64,000 nucleotides of DNA from an uncultured Holophagales bacterium (GTDB lineage: Bacteria; Acidobacteriota; Thermoanaerobaculia; Multivoradales; UBA5704): positions 1 through 64,000 of the forward strand of contig CAWJGT010000032.1 in NCBI GenBank assembly GCA_963842525.1. Direction: 5' to 3'. Both the position numbers and the translations under genes were made by a program. Position 1 is the stretch's first letter, and the number at the start of each line of letters is the position of its first letter. This document shows positions 31,351-44,850 of the stretch, one piece after another. The notes under the pieces were generated by a model, which saw only the letters and a program-made list of their open reading frames with translations, ran no database searches and was not told where the DNA came from.

Positions 31351-33051
31351 GACGCAACCAGCTACCCTTATTCCACAACGGCGAGGGAACCGGTGGGAAG
31401 GGTGTTACGTGATCCCGTCAGTCGGAAAGGGACATGACATTGGCTCGTGATCCAGAGGCTCATGATGGATAATCGGGGCGTGCGGAAGCTCAAACAGCAT
31501 GGGGAGCAACTCGCCCGTGAGGCGGCAGTTGCCACCGCCGGTGCCGGCAACGAGGCCACGCTCCGGCATGAGCTCGAGAAGGCGTTGGAGCGTCACTGTC
31601 GAGACTTGGGGCTGCCCTGGGTTCCCTTTCAGCTCGACATGCTCGTCCGCAACAAAGAAGGTGGGCGGGCACGCTATCTCGACGTCTCCCATGGTGCAGT
31701 CATCATCGAGTACGAGCCTCCGGCAAGCTTTCGGGGCCGTGAGGGCGCGCGGCTGCAACATGCACGAGCTCAAGTCGAAGAGTACGCCCTCCTGTTGCAA
31801 GGCGAGGAGGGACGCGATCTCTCCGAGTACGTTCTGGTGAGTTGGGATGGGAGCCACATCAGCTTCGGACGCTACCGCGGCGCGAAGGCTGAATGGGATC
31901 GCCTGACCTCTTTCGAGGTGGCCGCTGCACAGCTCCTGCTTTCGCTTCTTCAGTCCCAGGGTGCGCCGCTTGTCCATCCGCACCTCCTGTTGAATCTCGT
32001 CGGTCCGGAATCCGGGCATGGCGCTTCGTTGATCCCGGTTCTCTTCCGGGCGGTGCGCCGAGCGTAAGCTTCTCGAAACCCGACACCAAGACGCGACTGC
32101 TGTTTACCAATGGCGCCGCCTTTTCGGCCAGGTGGTTGGAGTCCAGTCGGACCGTCTACGTGCTCTGCTGAAAACCAGGGCAAGGTCCACGGGCAGCCCT
32201 ATGCGGCAGACCCGGTCGCTTATCTGTGTTCCCGCAATACCTACATCGCGCTGGTGGCCAAGCTGGTAGCTGCCCTTGCGTTACCTGATGGTTCTCAGGA
32301 CCTCACGGATTCTGCAGTGCCGATCCAGGTTCGCATCGGAGCGCTTGAGTCGGGAGAGCTGTTTCGCTCCTCCGGCATCTCCAATATGCTCGCCGGGGAT
32401 TTCTTCTCCTGGTATCGCGATGACCCGGATTGGGTTCGCTTCGCACCCCTGGTGGAGGATCTTCTGGCTGCGCTGAGCGGAGTCACCTTCGACGTGACCA
32501 GGAAAAGCCCGGAATCCACTCGCGATCTGTTCAAGGGGATGTACCAGTCTTTTGTGCCAAGAGCCTTGCGCCACGCGCTAGGTGAGTATTACACGCCGGA
32601 TTGGCTGGCCGCGCACGCACTGGACACCATGAAATGGAGCCCGGAGGATCCACTCCTGGATCCGACCTGCGGCTCAGGCACTTTCATTTTGGAGGCTTTG
32701 CGGCGCCGGTTGGGCGCTCCCGGGGCCGAGACGAAGAGCGCCCATGAGCTTCTTCGCGGGATTTACGGGATCGATCTGAATCCCCTCGCGGTCTTGGCGG
32801 CGAGGGCCTCGATCGTCGTCTCCTTGGCGCCACGCCTGAAGCCGGGCGATCCGCTCGACCTTCCCGTCTATCTCGCCGATGCGATCAATCCAGCCTCCGT
32901 CGAGGGCAGCAGTTACGACCATCGGCTCCAGACGGAGCTGGGGGTCATGCATTTTCGGATTCCGAGATCGGTCGTAGAGCACCCCCGTTTCTTCGCCGTC
33001 TTTGCGCGCATTCGGGAACTGGTTGAAGCGGGTTATGCGGCAACCAAGATC

Positions 33052-34699
33052 GTATCTGTTTACCGCCCTAGTGCCGCCTTCCCCGAGCGGTGGCACGTCC
33101 GCAAGGGCTTGAAGTTCTCTTCTCGGCATGGTCTAATGTCTTTCAGGCATGCCGACTTACGAGGAACTCCTTCAAGAGAACTCTGAGCTCCGCCAAGCCA
33201 ACGGTGAGCTTCGCCAGCGTGTGGAGGAGCAGGGGCGCCAGATTGCGCACCTGAAGCGCCAGCGTCGTCGGAGAAACTTGTCGAGGCGCTACGGCGCCGG
33301 CAAACGCCAGGCTGCCCCCTTCTCGAAGGGAGATCCGAGCGAGGATCCCAAGTCTCAGGGCGCAAAGCCGGGGATCAATATGGTCAGCAAGCGACTCGAG
33401 CTGTGCCCGATCACGTCGACGAACCCATCGTGGTGGAGCGCCCGCTGGAATTGTGAGCACTGTGGGGGTCAGGTCATTCCGCAGGGCGAAGCTCGCCAGT
33501 ATCAGACCGATCTGCCGCCGATTCGGCCGGTGACGACGGAGTTCATCCTCCATTATGGGAAGTGCTCGGCATGTGGCCGGGAAGCTGTGGGGCGTCACCC
33601 GCGCCAGACTTCCCAGGCGTTCCGGGTCGGCAACGTGCAACTCGGTCCAAACGTGTTGGGGCTCGCCGCCTGGCTCAACAAGGTCGGAGGCTTGAGCTAC
33701 GGCAAGATCGCCGCGTTGCTGAAGGAGCTGGCTGGACTGTCTGTGTCGCGCTCGGCCCTGTGCCGCGCGCTGCTTCGCATGAGTAAGAAGCTGGAGCCCT
33801 TGTACGAGGAGCTGAAGGCGAAGATCCGGAGCTTCTCCTGTGGTGTACCCGGACGAGACGGGCTGGCGGGAGGGGGGCTATAGCGTGTGGTTGTGGGTGT
33901 TCACCAATCGCAGCGAGACGGTCTACAGCATCCAGCCGGGTCGTGGCTATGCCGAGGCCTCTGAGGTCCTGGGGGAGGGCTTTGTCGGCGTGCTGGTGGC
34001 TGATGGTTGGGCTCCCTATCAGAAATTTGAAGAAGCGACTCATCAGACCTGTCTGGCGCATCTGTTGCGCCGTTGCGAGGAGCTGCTGGAGAAGGCGACA
34101 GGGGGTGCGGTGCGCTTTCCTCGGGCGGTGAAAGAGATCCTGCAGGCCGCCTTGGGGGCGCGAGATCAGCGGGCGCGGGCAACTCAGCGGCGAGGCGCTG
34201 GAGAAGTCAAGCAGGACTTCGAGCTCCAGATGGAAAGCGTCTGTCGGGGCAGTTCACGAACCCCGACAACCAGCGTCTGGCTCAGCATTTGATACGTCAC
34301 CAGGAGCAGCTGTTTGTCTTCCTGGAACGCACGGATGTGGAGGCGACCAATTGGCCGGCCGAACAAGGGATTCGCCCGGCGGTCATCAACCGCAAGACAT
34401 CTGGGGGAAATCGGACGGCCGAGGGGTCCCAGGCGCAAGCGGTCTTGATGAGTGCCCTGCGCACATTTCAGCAACACCAAGTCGGGACACTCGAGATCTT
34501 GCCCCAGCTTCTGCGCAGCCCCCAGCTACCGAAGCTTGAGGCAATACTTCCTGCGTCACAGCCACCGTAACAGTTCTCGCCACGAGTTATCCGTGGCTCC
34601 AGGTCGGTAGCCGCTCGCCCTCGTCAGGTCGCCTGGCCAGCGCGGACGTGTGTCCAGGGAAAACCTTCCCCAAAAGTGCCGCTGACGGTAAACAGATAC
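33052..34699 (+). mobile_element. IS66-family insertion sequence (TnpC-only, ISBst12-like organisation), 1648 bp
   Basis: Terminal IRs GTATCTGTTTACCG (33052-33065) and CGGTAAACAGATAC (34686-34699). 8-bp direct repeat CCAAGATC at 33044-33051 and 34700-34707. Confidence 0.92.
33149..34570 (+). CDS. IS66 DDE transposase TnpC (split over three frames)
   Basis: N-terminal coiled coil, CEHCG..CSACG zinc finger, DETGW, VADGWAPY, HQTCLAHLLR and TNWPAEQGIRPAVINRKTSGG. Confidence 0.88.
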
Positions 34700-36227
34700 C
34701 CAAGATCTTCGCTGCGTTGGCGCAAGATTTTCCGGAGCTGTCGCTGCCGGAGCCTGAGAAAGCAGAGCCTCTGCTCATCCCTTGGAATCCTGGCCGAGCC
34801 TCCAGAAACGGGGCTGGAATGGCATCTGGTGCGCGATTCTCGCAGACCGCTTCGCCGCCGGGAGTATCCCGCCCGTCGCCTATATTGCAGGGAATCCTCC
34901 CTGGGTCAAGTGGAGCCATCTGCCTCCAGAATATGCCGAGTTCATCAAGGGCCGGTGCATGGATCTCGGGGTGTTCAGCGAGGACCGGTGGGTGGGGGGG
35001 ATTGAGTCCGATATCTCCACGGTCATCACCTATGAGGTGATCGACAAGTGGCTGGCACCCAGGGGCATGCTTGCGTTCTTCATCACCGGCTCAGTCTTCG
35101 CCAAGAATCCAGCCAGGGGATCCGGCGTTTCGAGCTGCAGAACCGGCATCTTCATTTTCGGGTGCTGCGCGTCGAGGACTTCGATGCCGTGGCTCCTTTC
35201 GAGGACGTGGACAATCACCCCACCCTTCTGGTTGTGAGGCGTGACGAGAAGACGGTCTACCCGGTCCCGTATCGGGTGTGGAGCACGCCAAGCGACAAGG
35301 GCCTTGATTCTGGCATCGACCTCTTGGCCGAGCCGGTCCCGGGGACGGATGCGGGGCCGTGGCTGAAGGGCACGGCTGCAGAGCACCGGGTCTGGAAGAA
35401 AATATTCGCCACCCGGGAGCAGGCGTATACCGCACGGAAAGGGATCACGACAGACCGGAATGGCATTTTCTTCGTCGAGCTGCAGGAGGTCTCGGAAGAC
35501 GGCAGGATGTGTACGATCCGGAACGTCCCTGAGATCGGCAGGACACGAGGGATTCAGAGGGTTCGCGAGGTCGTCGAGGCCGATCATGTCTTTCCTCTCC
35601 TGCGCGGCCGGGGTGTGTCCGCCTTCGCGGCGGTCCCGGATCCCGCATACCGGGTCCTGTTGCCCCAACGCGGCATGCACGGAGATCCGGGCTTGCCGGA
35701 GAAGGCCCCGGGAGCCCACCGGTTTTTGCGGCGCTTCAAATCAGAGCTCGAGCGGCGGTCCAGTTACCTCCGATTTCAACGCGGGCAGCCCTATTGGTCG
35801 GTCTGGAGCACGGGGGCTTATACCTTCAGCGCTTTCAAAGTCGTTTGGAAGGAGATGTCGGGGGGGAGGTTCGTAGCCGCCTACACAGGTCGGCACAGGG
35901 ACCCCAGCCTGGGCAGGAAAATCGTCATCCCGGACCACAAGCTCTACTTCGTGCCCGTGGAGACCGAAGCGGAGGCCGCCTACCTGGCGGGCCTGCTCAA
36001 CGCGCGGACCATCACGCGGGCGATCTCTGCCTACGCAGCGCAGTTGAGCCTGGGCGTCAGCGTGGTCGAGTATCTGGCGATTCCGCCCTTCAACCCTGAC
36101 CATGCAACCCACGCCAGCCTGTCCAGGCAAGCGCAAGCGATCACTGCTCGCGGTGGGAACCCCACTCCGGAGGAGCTTGGCATCCTGGATAGCCTGGCCC
36201 TTCGGCTTTTTTAGTGCCCACGAAGCG

Positions 36228-36655
36228 AACCAGCGGCGCACGCTCCGCAAAGCCAGTGTGAGCTCACACTGGAGCAGCGTCCCGGGACACTGGCCCAGCG
36301 CACGCTCCGCAAACCCAGCGTGAGCTACGCTGGCGCAGCGTGTCGGGACGCTGGCTCAGCGTACGCTCCGCAAACCCAGTGAGAGCTTACGCTGGCGCAG
36401 CGTGTCGAGACACTGGCTCAGCGTACGCTCCGCAAACCCAGCGTGAGCTGACGCTGGCGCAGCGTGTCGGGACGCTGGCTCAGCGTACGCTCCGCAAACC
36501 CAGCGTGAGCTCACGCTGGCGCAGCGTGTCGGGACATTGGCCCAGCGTACGCTCCGCAAACCCAGCGTGAGCTCACGCTGGCGCAGCGTGTCGGGACACT
36601 GGCCCAGCGTACGCTCCGCAAACCCAGCGTGAGCTCACGCTGGCGCAGCGTCCCG
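36228..36655. repeat. 62-bp tandem repeat (about 7 copies) with an internal perfect 20-bp palindrome
   Basis: CGCTCCGCAA recurs at 36241, 36303, 36364, 36426, 36488, 36550 and 36612. The consensus unit contains CCAGCGTGAGCTCACGCTGG and is built from three 20-21-bp CAGCGT-initiated subunits. Confidence 0.92.
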
Positions 36656-38029
36656 AGACTGAAACGCTCGTCCAGAACTTTCGAGACACCTTCTGAACGG
36701 CTCTTGACCTTCCTCCGCTCCGGCCTGGGGTGGAGCCAGGCGGAGCTGGGCGAAGCCGCCAACGTCAGCCCGAGCCTCCTCAACGACTACGAGCACGGCA
36801 GGAAGGACCTCAAGAGAGACCGGCTGGAGTTCCTGGTCTCCTTTATGGGGCACAGGCCCAAGGAGATCGACGCCGACCGGGTTCTGGCAGAGGCGTTCTT
36901 TGCCGGCTGCTCGCTCTGGGTGGCGAAGCTCTCGAAGCCATCGAGGCGGTCAAATCCGACATGCAGCCGACGGGTACCCGCCGTGCTCCGAGGCGAAGGA
37001 CCGCGAATTGGCGGCCGGCTCTGTGGGTGCGCCTGGAACGGCAACAGCTCACGGCAACGGACTGCGCTGGTTGAAGAAGATGAGGAGTTCCGAGCCTGGG
37101 CGCTCAGCGAGCTTGTCGCGGCGAAGAGCATAGAGAAGGCGCCGAGCAGCCCGGCCGAAGCCCTGGAGCTTGCCATGCTGGCGCTCCGTATCGCCGAGCT
37201 GTGCCCCGGCGAAAAATGGCTGCGCGAGCGCGCCCAGGGCAATGCATGGTTCCATGTAGCGAATGCCCGCCGCGTGACCAATGATCTCCGCGGCAGCGAC
37301 GTGGCCCTCGCCACGGCGACGAGGCACTGGGAGGCCGGGGCCAGCGGAGATCCTGGGCTCTTCAATGAGGCCATCGTGCTCGGGCTGGAAGCAACCATCC
37401 GGAAGTCGCAACGCCGCTTTCCCGAGGCCCTGCGGCGGATCGAAGAGGCTCTAGCTGCCGACCAGGGAGGCCTCCGCGCACAGTTGCTCCTTGCCAAGGC
37501 TCAGATTCTGGGGGCGGTCGGAGACATCGAGGCCTCGACCGAGGTGCTCCGCGAGGCGATTCCTTACATCGCCGAGGACCGGGAGCCGCGGACAGCGCTC
37601 GGCGTACGCTTCCAGCTCATGATCTGTCTCTGCCTACAGGACCGTGCTGCGGAGGCGGCACACGAGCTTCCCAATCTGCATGTCCTCGCCGAGAAGCTCG
37701 ATCAGGACATGGACCGCGTGCGTTTGGTGTGGCTCGAAGGGAAGGTCGCCGCGGGCACCGGCAGGGTCGAGGAAGCCGAGGAAGCTTTCGAGCAGGCCCG
37801 CCGCAAGTTCGTTTCTTACAAGCCTCCTCTGGTCTTCAACTACGCGCTGGTGAGCCTGGACCTGGGGCTGCTGCTTCTGGGGCAGGGCCGGAACATCGAG
37901 GTGGCGACCCTGGCCGAGGAGATGGTTTCGATCTTCACCGGCAGCCTTGGTCCGCTTTCTCCGTCTTGTTCATGCGCAGAAGAGTGTAGCATCGGGCCTT
38001 GCGGCCCAATTACCTCGCCCCCCGGGTAG
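36629..38029 (+). CDS. XRE-HTH + TPR-like regulator (start uncertain; compensating frameshifts or deletions)
   Basis: LRSGLGWSQAELGEAANVSPSLLNDYEHG (XRE HTH), then AWFHVANARRVTNDL, LVWLEGKVA and ALVSLDLG as in the 3263-4570 protein. The middle (~36880-37070) and the C-terminus read better in other frames. Confidence 0.7.
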   Translation: MSSRWRSVPRLKRSSRTFETPSERLLTFLRSGLGWSQAELGEAANVSPSLLNDYEHGRKDLKRDRLEFLVSFMGHRPKEIDADRVLAEAFFAGCSLWVAKLSKPSRRSNPTCSRRVPAVLRGEGPRIGGRLCGCAWNGNSSRQRTALVEEDEEFRAWALSELVAAKSIEKAPSSPAEALELAMLALRIAELCPGEKWLRERAQGNAWFHVANARRVTNDLRGSDVALATATRHWEAGASGDPGLFNEAIVLGLEATIRKSQRRFPEALRRIEEALAADQGGLRAQLLLAKAQILGAVGDIEASTEVLREAIPYIAEDREPRTALGVRFQLMICLCLQDRAAEAAHELPNLHVLAEKLDQDMDRVRLVWLEGKVAAGTGRVEEAEEAFEQARRKFVSYKPPLVFNYALVSLDLGLLLLGQGRNIEVATLAEEMVSIFTGSLGPLSPSCSCAEECSIGPCGPITSPPG

Positions 38030-38090
38030 ACACCCGCCCCGGTTCCGGCTAGCATCGAGGACACTTTTGCGGTCTGCTGAAGGAGGCCCG

Positions 38091-39059
38091 GTGTCCGATC
38101 CCTATGCCGGTATTCGCTGGATCTGGAAAAATGGCGAGCTCGTCGAGTTCGCGAACGCGACCGTCCATGTGCTGAGCCACGGCCTGCACTACGGCTCGGG
38201 CGCCTTCGAGGGCATCCGATGCTACGAGACGACGGACGGGCCGGCCGTGTTCCGGCTGCACGACCACCTCCGGCGCCTGGAGAGCTCCTGCAAGATCTAC
38301 CGTATGCCGATCCCCTTTTCCGGAGCGGAGCTGGCGGAGGCGGTGTTCGACACGATCCGCTCCAACGAGCTGCGGGAGTGCTATATCCGGCCGCTCGTCT
38401 TCCGCGGCTTCGGCCCCTCCCTGGGGGTCGACCCGCTGCGCTCGCCCGTCGAGGTGGTCGTGGCGGTCTGGAAGTGGGGCCGCTATCTCGGCGATGCCGC
38501 GGAGGAAGGGGTGGACGTCTGCGTCTCTTCCTGGCCGCGGGTGGCGCCGGGCGCGCTGCCCGCGGTGGCCAAGGCGACCGGGAACTATCTCAATTCGCAG
38601 CTCATCAAGATCGAGGCGCACGTCAACGGCTACGTCGAGGGAATCGCGCTCGACGCGCAGGGCTATGTGAGCGAGGGCTCTGGAGAGAACGTCTTTGCGA
38701 TCCGCAACGGCATCCTGGTGACGCCTCCCGCCTCCTCGTCGCTGCTGCCGGGGATCACCCGCGACACGGTGATCACCCTCGCCCGCGACCTCGGCCTGCA
38801 GGTGCGGGAGGAGCCGGTCCCGCGCGGTCTTCTCTACATCTGCGACGAGCTGTTCATGACCGGCACCGCCGCCGAGATCACCCCGGTGCGGTCGGTCGAC
38901 AAGATCCCGGTGGGCGGCGGCCGGCCCGGCGAGGTGACCCGCCGCCTCATGGCGGAGTTCCGCGCCACCGTCACCGGCAGGACCCAGGACCCTCATCGCT
39001 GGCTGGCGCCGGTCGCGCCCCGGCCCGTGGCGGTCGAGGCCCAGGGCCGCACCGTCTGA
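38091..39059 (+). CDS. ilvE: Branched-chain amino acid aminotransferase
   Basis: HGLHYGSGAFEGIRCY, KATGNYLNS, EGSGEN, LPGITRDTV and GTAAEITP motifs. Confidence 0.95.
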   Translation: MSDPYAGIRWIWKNGELVEFANATVHVLSHGLHYGSGAFEGIRCYETTDGPAVFRLHDHLRRLESSCKIYRMPIPFSGAELAEAVFDTIRSNELRECYIRPLVFRGFGPSLGVDPLRSPVEVVVAVWKWGRYLGDAAEEGVDVCVSSWPRVAPGALPAVAKATGNYLNSQLIKIEAHVNGYVEGIALDAQGYVSEGSGENVFAIRNGILVTPPASSSLLPGITRDTVITLARDLGLQVREEPVPRGLLYICDELFMTGTAAEITPVRSVDKIPVGGGRPGEVTRRLMAEFRATVTGRTQDPHRWLAPVAPRPVAVEAQGRTV

Positions 39060-39075
39060 AACGTAGGAGCACACG

Positions 39076-40242
39076 ATGAACATCAACGACCTGCTCAAGA
39101 TCGCGGTGGACCGCAAGTCCTCGGACCTCCACCTCAAGGTGGGCAGCCACCCCGTCATCCGCGTGGACGGCGAGCTGATCTCGCTGGCCGAGCTGAAGCG
39201 CCTCATGCAGGAGGACACCATCGCGATGGCGTTCTCGATCATGAACGCCCGCCAGAAGCAGCGTTTCAAGGAGGAGCTGGAGCTCGACATCGCCTATCAG
39301 GTGCCGGGGCTCGGCCGCTTCCGCTGCAACGTCTTCCAGCAGCGCGGCGCGGTGGGCATCGTGATGCGCGTCATCCCGGCCCGTATCCAGACCGCCCGCG
39401 AGCTGATGCTGCCGCCCGTCCTCGAACGCATCTGCGAGGAGCGGCGCGGCCTGGTCCTCTGCACCGGCACCACCGGATCGGGCAAGTCGACCACCCTGGC
39501 GGCGCTGATCGACTACATCAACACCAACCGCGGCGAGCACATCATCACCGTCGAGGACCCGATCGAGTTCCTCCATCGGGACAAGAAGTCGCTCGTCAAC
39601 CAGCGCGAGATCGACGTGGACACGCGCTCCTTCGCCACCGCCCTGCGCGCCGCGCTCCGCCAGGACCCCGATGTCATCCTGGTCGGCGAAATGCGCGACT
39701 ACGAGACGATCGAGACGGCCCTGCTCGCCGCCGAGACCGGCCACCTCGTCTTCTCGACCCTGCACACCCTGGATGCCACGGAGACGATCAACCGCATCAT
39801 CTCGGTCTTTCCGCCGCATCACCAGAAGCAGATCCGCATCCAGCTCTCGCAGGTCCTCAAGGCCAGCATCTCCCTGCGCCTGGTGCCGCGGGCCGACGGC
39901 GTCGGCCGCGTGCCGGCCGCCGAGGTGCTGATCTCGACGGCCTACATCCGCGAATGCATCGAGAACAAGGAGAAGACCAAGTACATCCGCGAGCAGATCT
40001 CGCTGGGCACCAGCCAGTACGGGATGCAGACGTTCGACCAGTCGCTCTACCAGCTCTTCCGCAGCGGTCTGATCACCCTCGACGAGGCGCTCAAGCGGGC
40101 GACCAATCCCGACGAGTTCCGCCTCAAGATCCAGGGCGTCCAGTTCACGGCCGACATCTCGCGCGAGCAGATGGAGGAGGCCATGCACGCCCAGGGCGGC
40201 GCCGACGACCTGCTCACCGGCGGATCGCAGTTCGAAATTTGA
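39076..40242 (+). CDS. pilT: Type IV pilus retraction ATPase PilT/PilU
   Basis: SDLHL, GTTGSGKSTT, EDPIE, RQDPDVILVGEMRD, TLHT and GMQTFDQ motifs. Confidence 0.9.
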   Translation: MNINDLLKIAVDRKSSDLHLKVGSHPVIRVDGELISLAELKRLMQEDTIAMAFSIMNARQKQRFKEELELDIAYQVPGLGRFRCNVFQQRGAVGIVMRVIPARIQTARELMLPPVLERICEERRGLVLCTGTTGSGKSTTLAALIDYINTNRGEHIITVEDPIEFLHRDKKSLVNQREIDVDTRSFATALRAALRQDPDVILVGEMRDYETIETALLAAETGHLVFSTLHTLDATETINRIISVFPPHHQKQIRIQLSQVLKASISLRLVPRADGVGRVPAAEVLISTAYIRECIENKEKTKYIREQISLGTSQYGMQTFDQSLYQLFRSGLITLDEALKRATNPDEFRLKIQGVQFTADISREQMEEAMHAQGGADDLLTGGSQFEI

Positions 40243-40691
40243 GCGGTTGTTACGATAAGGCGGCCCAGCTCCTGGCCGCCCGCCCGCACTTCCGGGCCGA
40301 GCTCGCGGCCAAGCTCGCGCAGCGCGACTATCCGCCCGAGGAGGTCGAAGAGGCCCTCGACCGCCTGACCGCCCAGGGATACCTCGACGACCGCCGCACC
40401 GCCCGCGACTTCGTCGTCCATCGCCAGGAGCGCGGCGGCGAGGGGCGGCTTCGTCTCAGGGCCGAATTGGAGCGCCGCGGCGCGCCGGACGAAGCGGTCG
40501 AGGAGGCCCTTGCCGAGCTGACTCCGGAGGACGACCTGCCGGCGGCCCGCGAGGCGGCGCGGCGGTGGGCGGAGCGGCGATCGCGTGCCGAGGATCCCGC
40601 CGCGCTGGCCCGCCACCTGGCCCGGAAGGGGTTTTCCCGCCGTGCTATCTTTGCCCTCTTGAACGAGAGGCACGACGTCGATCCGGAGTAA
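40239..40691 (+). CDS. recX: Regulatory protein RecX
   Basis: LLAARPHFRAELAAKL, GYLDD, RLRAELERRG and LARKGF motifs; upstream of alaS; TTG start overlaps the pilT stop. Confidence 0.85.
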   Translation: MSGCYDKAAQLLAARPHFRAELAAKLAQRDYPPEEVEEALDRLTAQGYLDDRRTARDFVVHRQERGGEGRLRLRAELERRGAPDEAVEEALAELTPEDDLPAAREAARRWAERRSRAEDPAALARHLARKGFSRRAIFALLNERHDVDPE

Positions 40692-40698
40692 CTCGTCC

Positions 40699-43368
<2,670 letters not shown>

Positions 43369-43496
43369 CCCCCCGCACCCCCCACGGGTATGGGCTTGCA
43401 ATTTTCCACTCGTCCTCTAAGATAGCGCCAGCCGCATAAGCTGTACCCAAGCAGGTTGTGTAGGATCGCGGCCCAACGATTTGGGGGTCCTATCTC

Positions 43497-44192
43497 GTGC
43501 CGAGCTTCAGAGCCGGAGTTTCAGGAGTCTTCGTCCTGTTCACGCTCTTCGTGTGCCCCGTTGGGGCCGAGGTGAGGGTGAAGACCGGGGCGGATGGCCA
43601 GAGAATCATCTTCAACGAGAGCTCGACGCAGCGGACCCGCCGCCTCTCCGACCGGCTGATCCCGGTCCCTGACACGAAGCTCGAGCCGCTCATCGACCGG
43701 CACAGCGCGGCCCAGAACCTCGATCCGCGGCTGGTGCGGGCGGTCATCCAGGCTGAATCCGGATACAACCCGCGTGCCCTGTCGAACAAGGGCGCCATCG
43801 GCCTGATGCAGCTCATGCCCGCCACCGCCAGCACCCTGCGGGTGAGCGATCCCTGGAACATCGAGGAGAACCTCCGCGGCGGCACCGCCTACTTGCGCAA
43901 GCTCCTCGACCGCTTCGCCGGCAGCCTGGAGATGGCCGTCGCCGCCTACAACGCCGGCCCCGGCGCAGTGGAGCGGCACCGCGGCATCCCGCCCTACCGC
44001 GAGACCCGCGAGTACGTGCGCCGGGTCATCGGCCTCTACCGGGGAGCCGATACGGCTCCGGCGGTCCGGACCGCCGCCTCCCGCCGCATCGTGCCGCCGG
44101 CTCCGGCCCCGACCTTCGACGCGGGCCGCCGCAAGCCACGCCTCGTTCGCAACAGCGACAACCAGCTCGTCATCACGACCGCTCTCGACTGA
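43497..44192 (+). CDS. Lytic transglycosylase (SLT domain)
   Basis: IQAESGYNP, GAIGLMQLMP, AAYNAGPG and ETREYV motifs. Confidence 0.9.
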   Translation: MPSFRAGVSGVFVLFTLFVCPVGAEVRVKTGADGQRIIFNESSTQRTRRLSDRLIPVPDTKLEPLIDRHSAAQNLDPRLVRAVIQAESGYNPRALSNKGAIGLMQLMPATASTLRVSDPWNIEENLRGGTAYLRKLLDRFAGSLEMAVAAYNAGPGAVERHRGIPPYRETREYVRRVIGLYRGADTAPAVRTAASRRIVPPAPAPTFDAGRRKPRLVRNSDNQLVITTALD

Positions 44193-44247
44193 GGCGGCTC
44201 ACGCCTGACATACAATGCCGGGCGCAGGCCGTCCCCTGCGTGCGCCC

Positions 44248-44850
44248 ATGCTCAATCTACCGAACCTGCTCTCGACCATCCGCATCCTCCTCGTCCCGCC
44301 CCTGGTCGTGGTCCTGCTGACCCGGTTCGAGGGCAAGGAGTGGTGGGGCCTGGGCCTGTTCCTCCTCGCCGCGGTCATGGACTTCTTCGACGGCTTCGTG
44401 GCCCGGCGGCGCAAGCAGATCACCCGGTTGGGTACGCTGCTCGACCCGGCGGCCGACAAGATCCTGGTCTCCGCCGCTTTCATCTCCCTGGTCGAGCTCG
44501 ATCCACAGGTCGTGCCGTCCTGGATCGTGGTGGTCATCATCGCTCGCGAGTTTGCGGTGACCGCCCTGCGCAGCTTCGCCGCGGCCGAGGGCCTGGTGAT
44601 CCCGTCGGGCCTATCCGGCAAGGTCAAGACGATCGTCCAGATCGTGTCGATCGCGCTGCTCATCATCTACAACCAGCTCGGAGAGTTCCGGCATCTGGCT
44701 CCCATCTCCCTCTGGGTCGCCATGGTGGTGACCGTCTATTCCGGGGTCGAGTACTTCGTGCGCTTCGGCCACCTCATCCTGCGGGGTGAGGTCCCGGACT
44801 CGCTCGCGCAGCCCCCATCGTCCTCTTCTTCGAATCCTTCGAGGCGCTGA
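44248..44850 (+). CDS. pgsA: CDP-diacylglycerol--glycerol-3-phosphate 3-phosphatidyltransferase
   Basis: NLPNLLSTIR and DFFDGFVARR..T.LG.LLDPAADK motifs. Confidence 0.9.
   Translation: MLNLPNLLSTIRILLVPPLVVVLLTRFEGKEWWGLGLFLLAAVMDFFDGFVARRRKQITRLGTLLDPAADKILVSAAFISLVELDPQVVPSWIVVVIIAREFAVTALRSFAAAEGLVIPSGLSGKVKTIVQIVSIALLIIYNQLGEFRHLAPISLWVAMVVTVYSGVEYFVRFGHLILRGEVPDSLAQPPSSSSSNPSRR

Larger units (their letters stand above)
31447..36214 (+). pseudogene. Type IIG/IIL-like restriction-modification enzyme (N6-adenine MTase), interrupted by IS66 and frameshifts
   Basis: GEYYTPDWLA, LLDPTCGSGTF (motif I), GIDLNP and AGNPPWV (motif IV), with a TRD-like C-terminus. The frame ATKI|FAALAQDF is continuous across the IS after removing one target-site duplication copy. 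Confidence 0.8.

Noticed and set aside
29765-31450. 561-aa PrmA-RsmE fusion ORF
   Set aside because: It is produced by frameshifts. The PrmA SAM motif and the RsmE C-terminus lie in other frames, and separate stop/start codons exist at 30612-30615.
36228-36655. CRISPR array
   Set aside because: The sequences between palindromes are near-identical rather than unique spacers, and there are no cas genes in the window.
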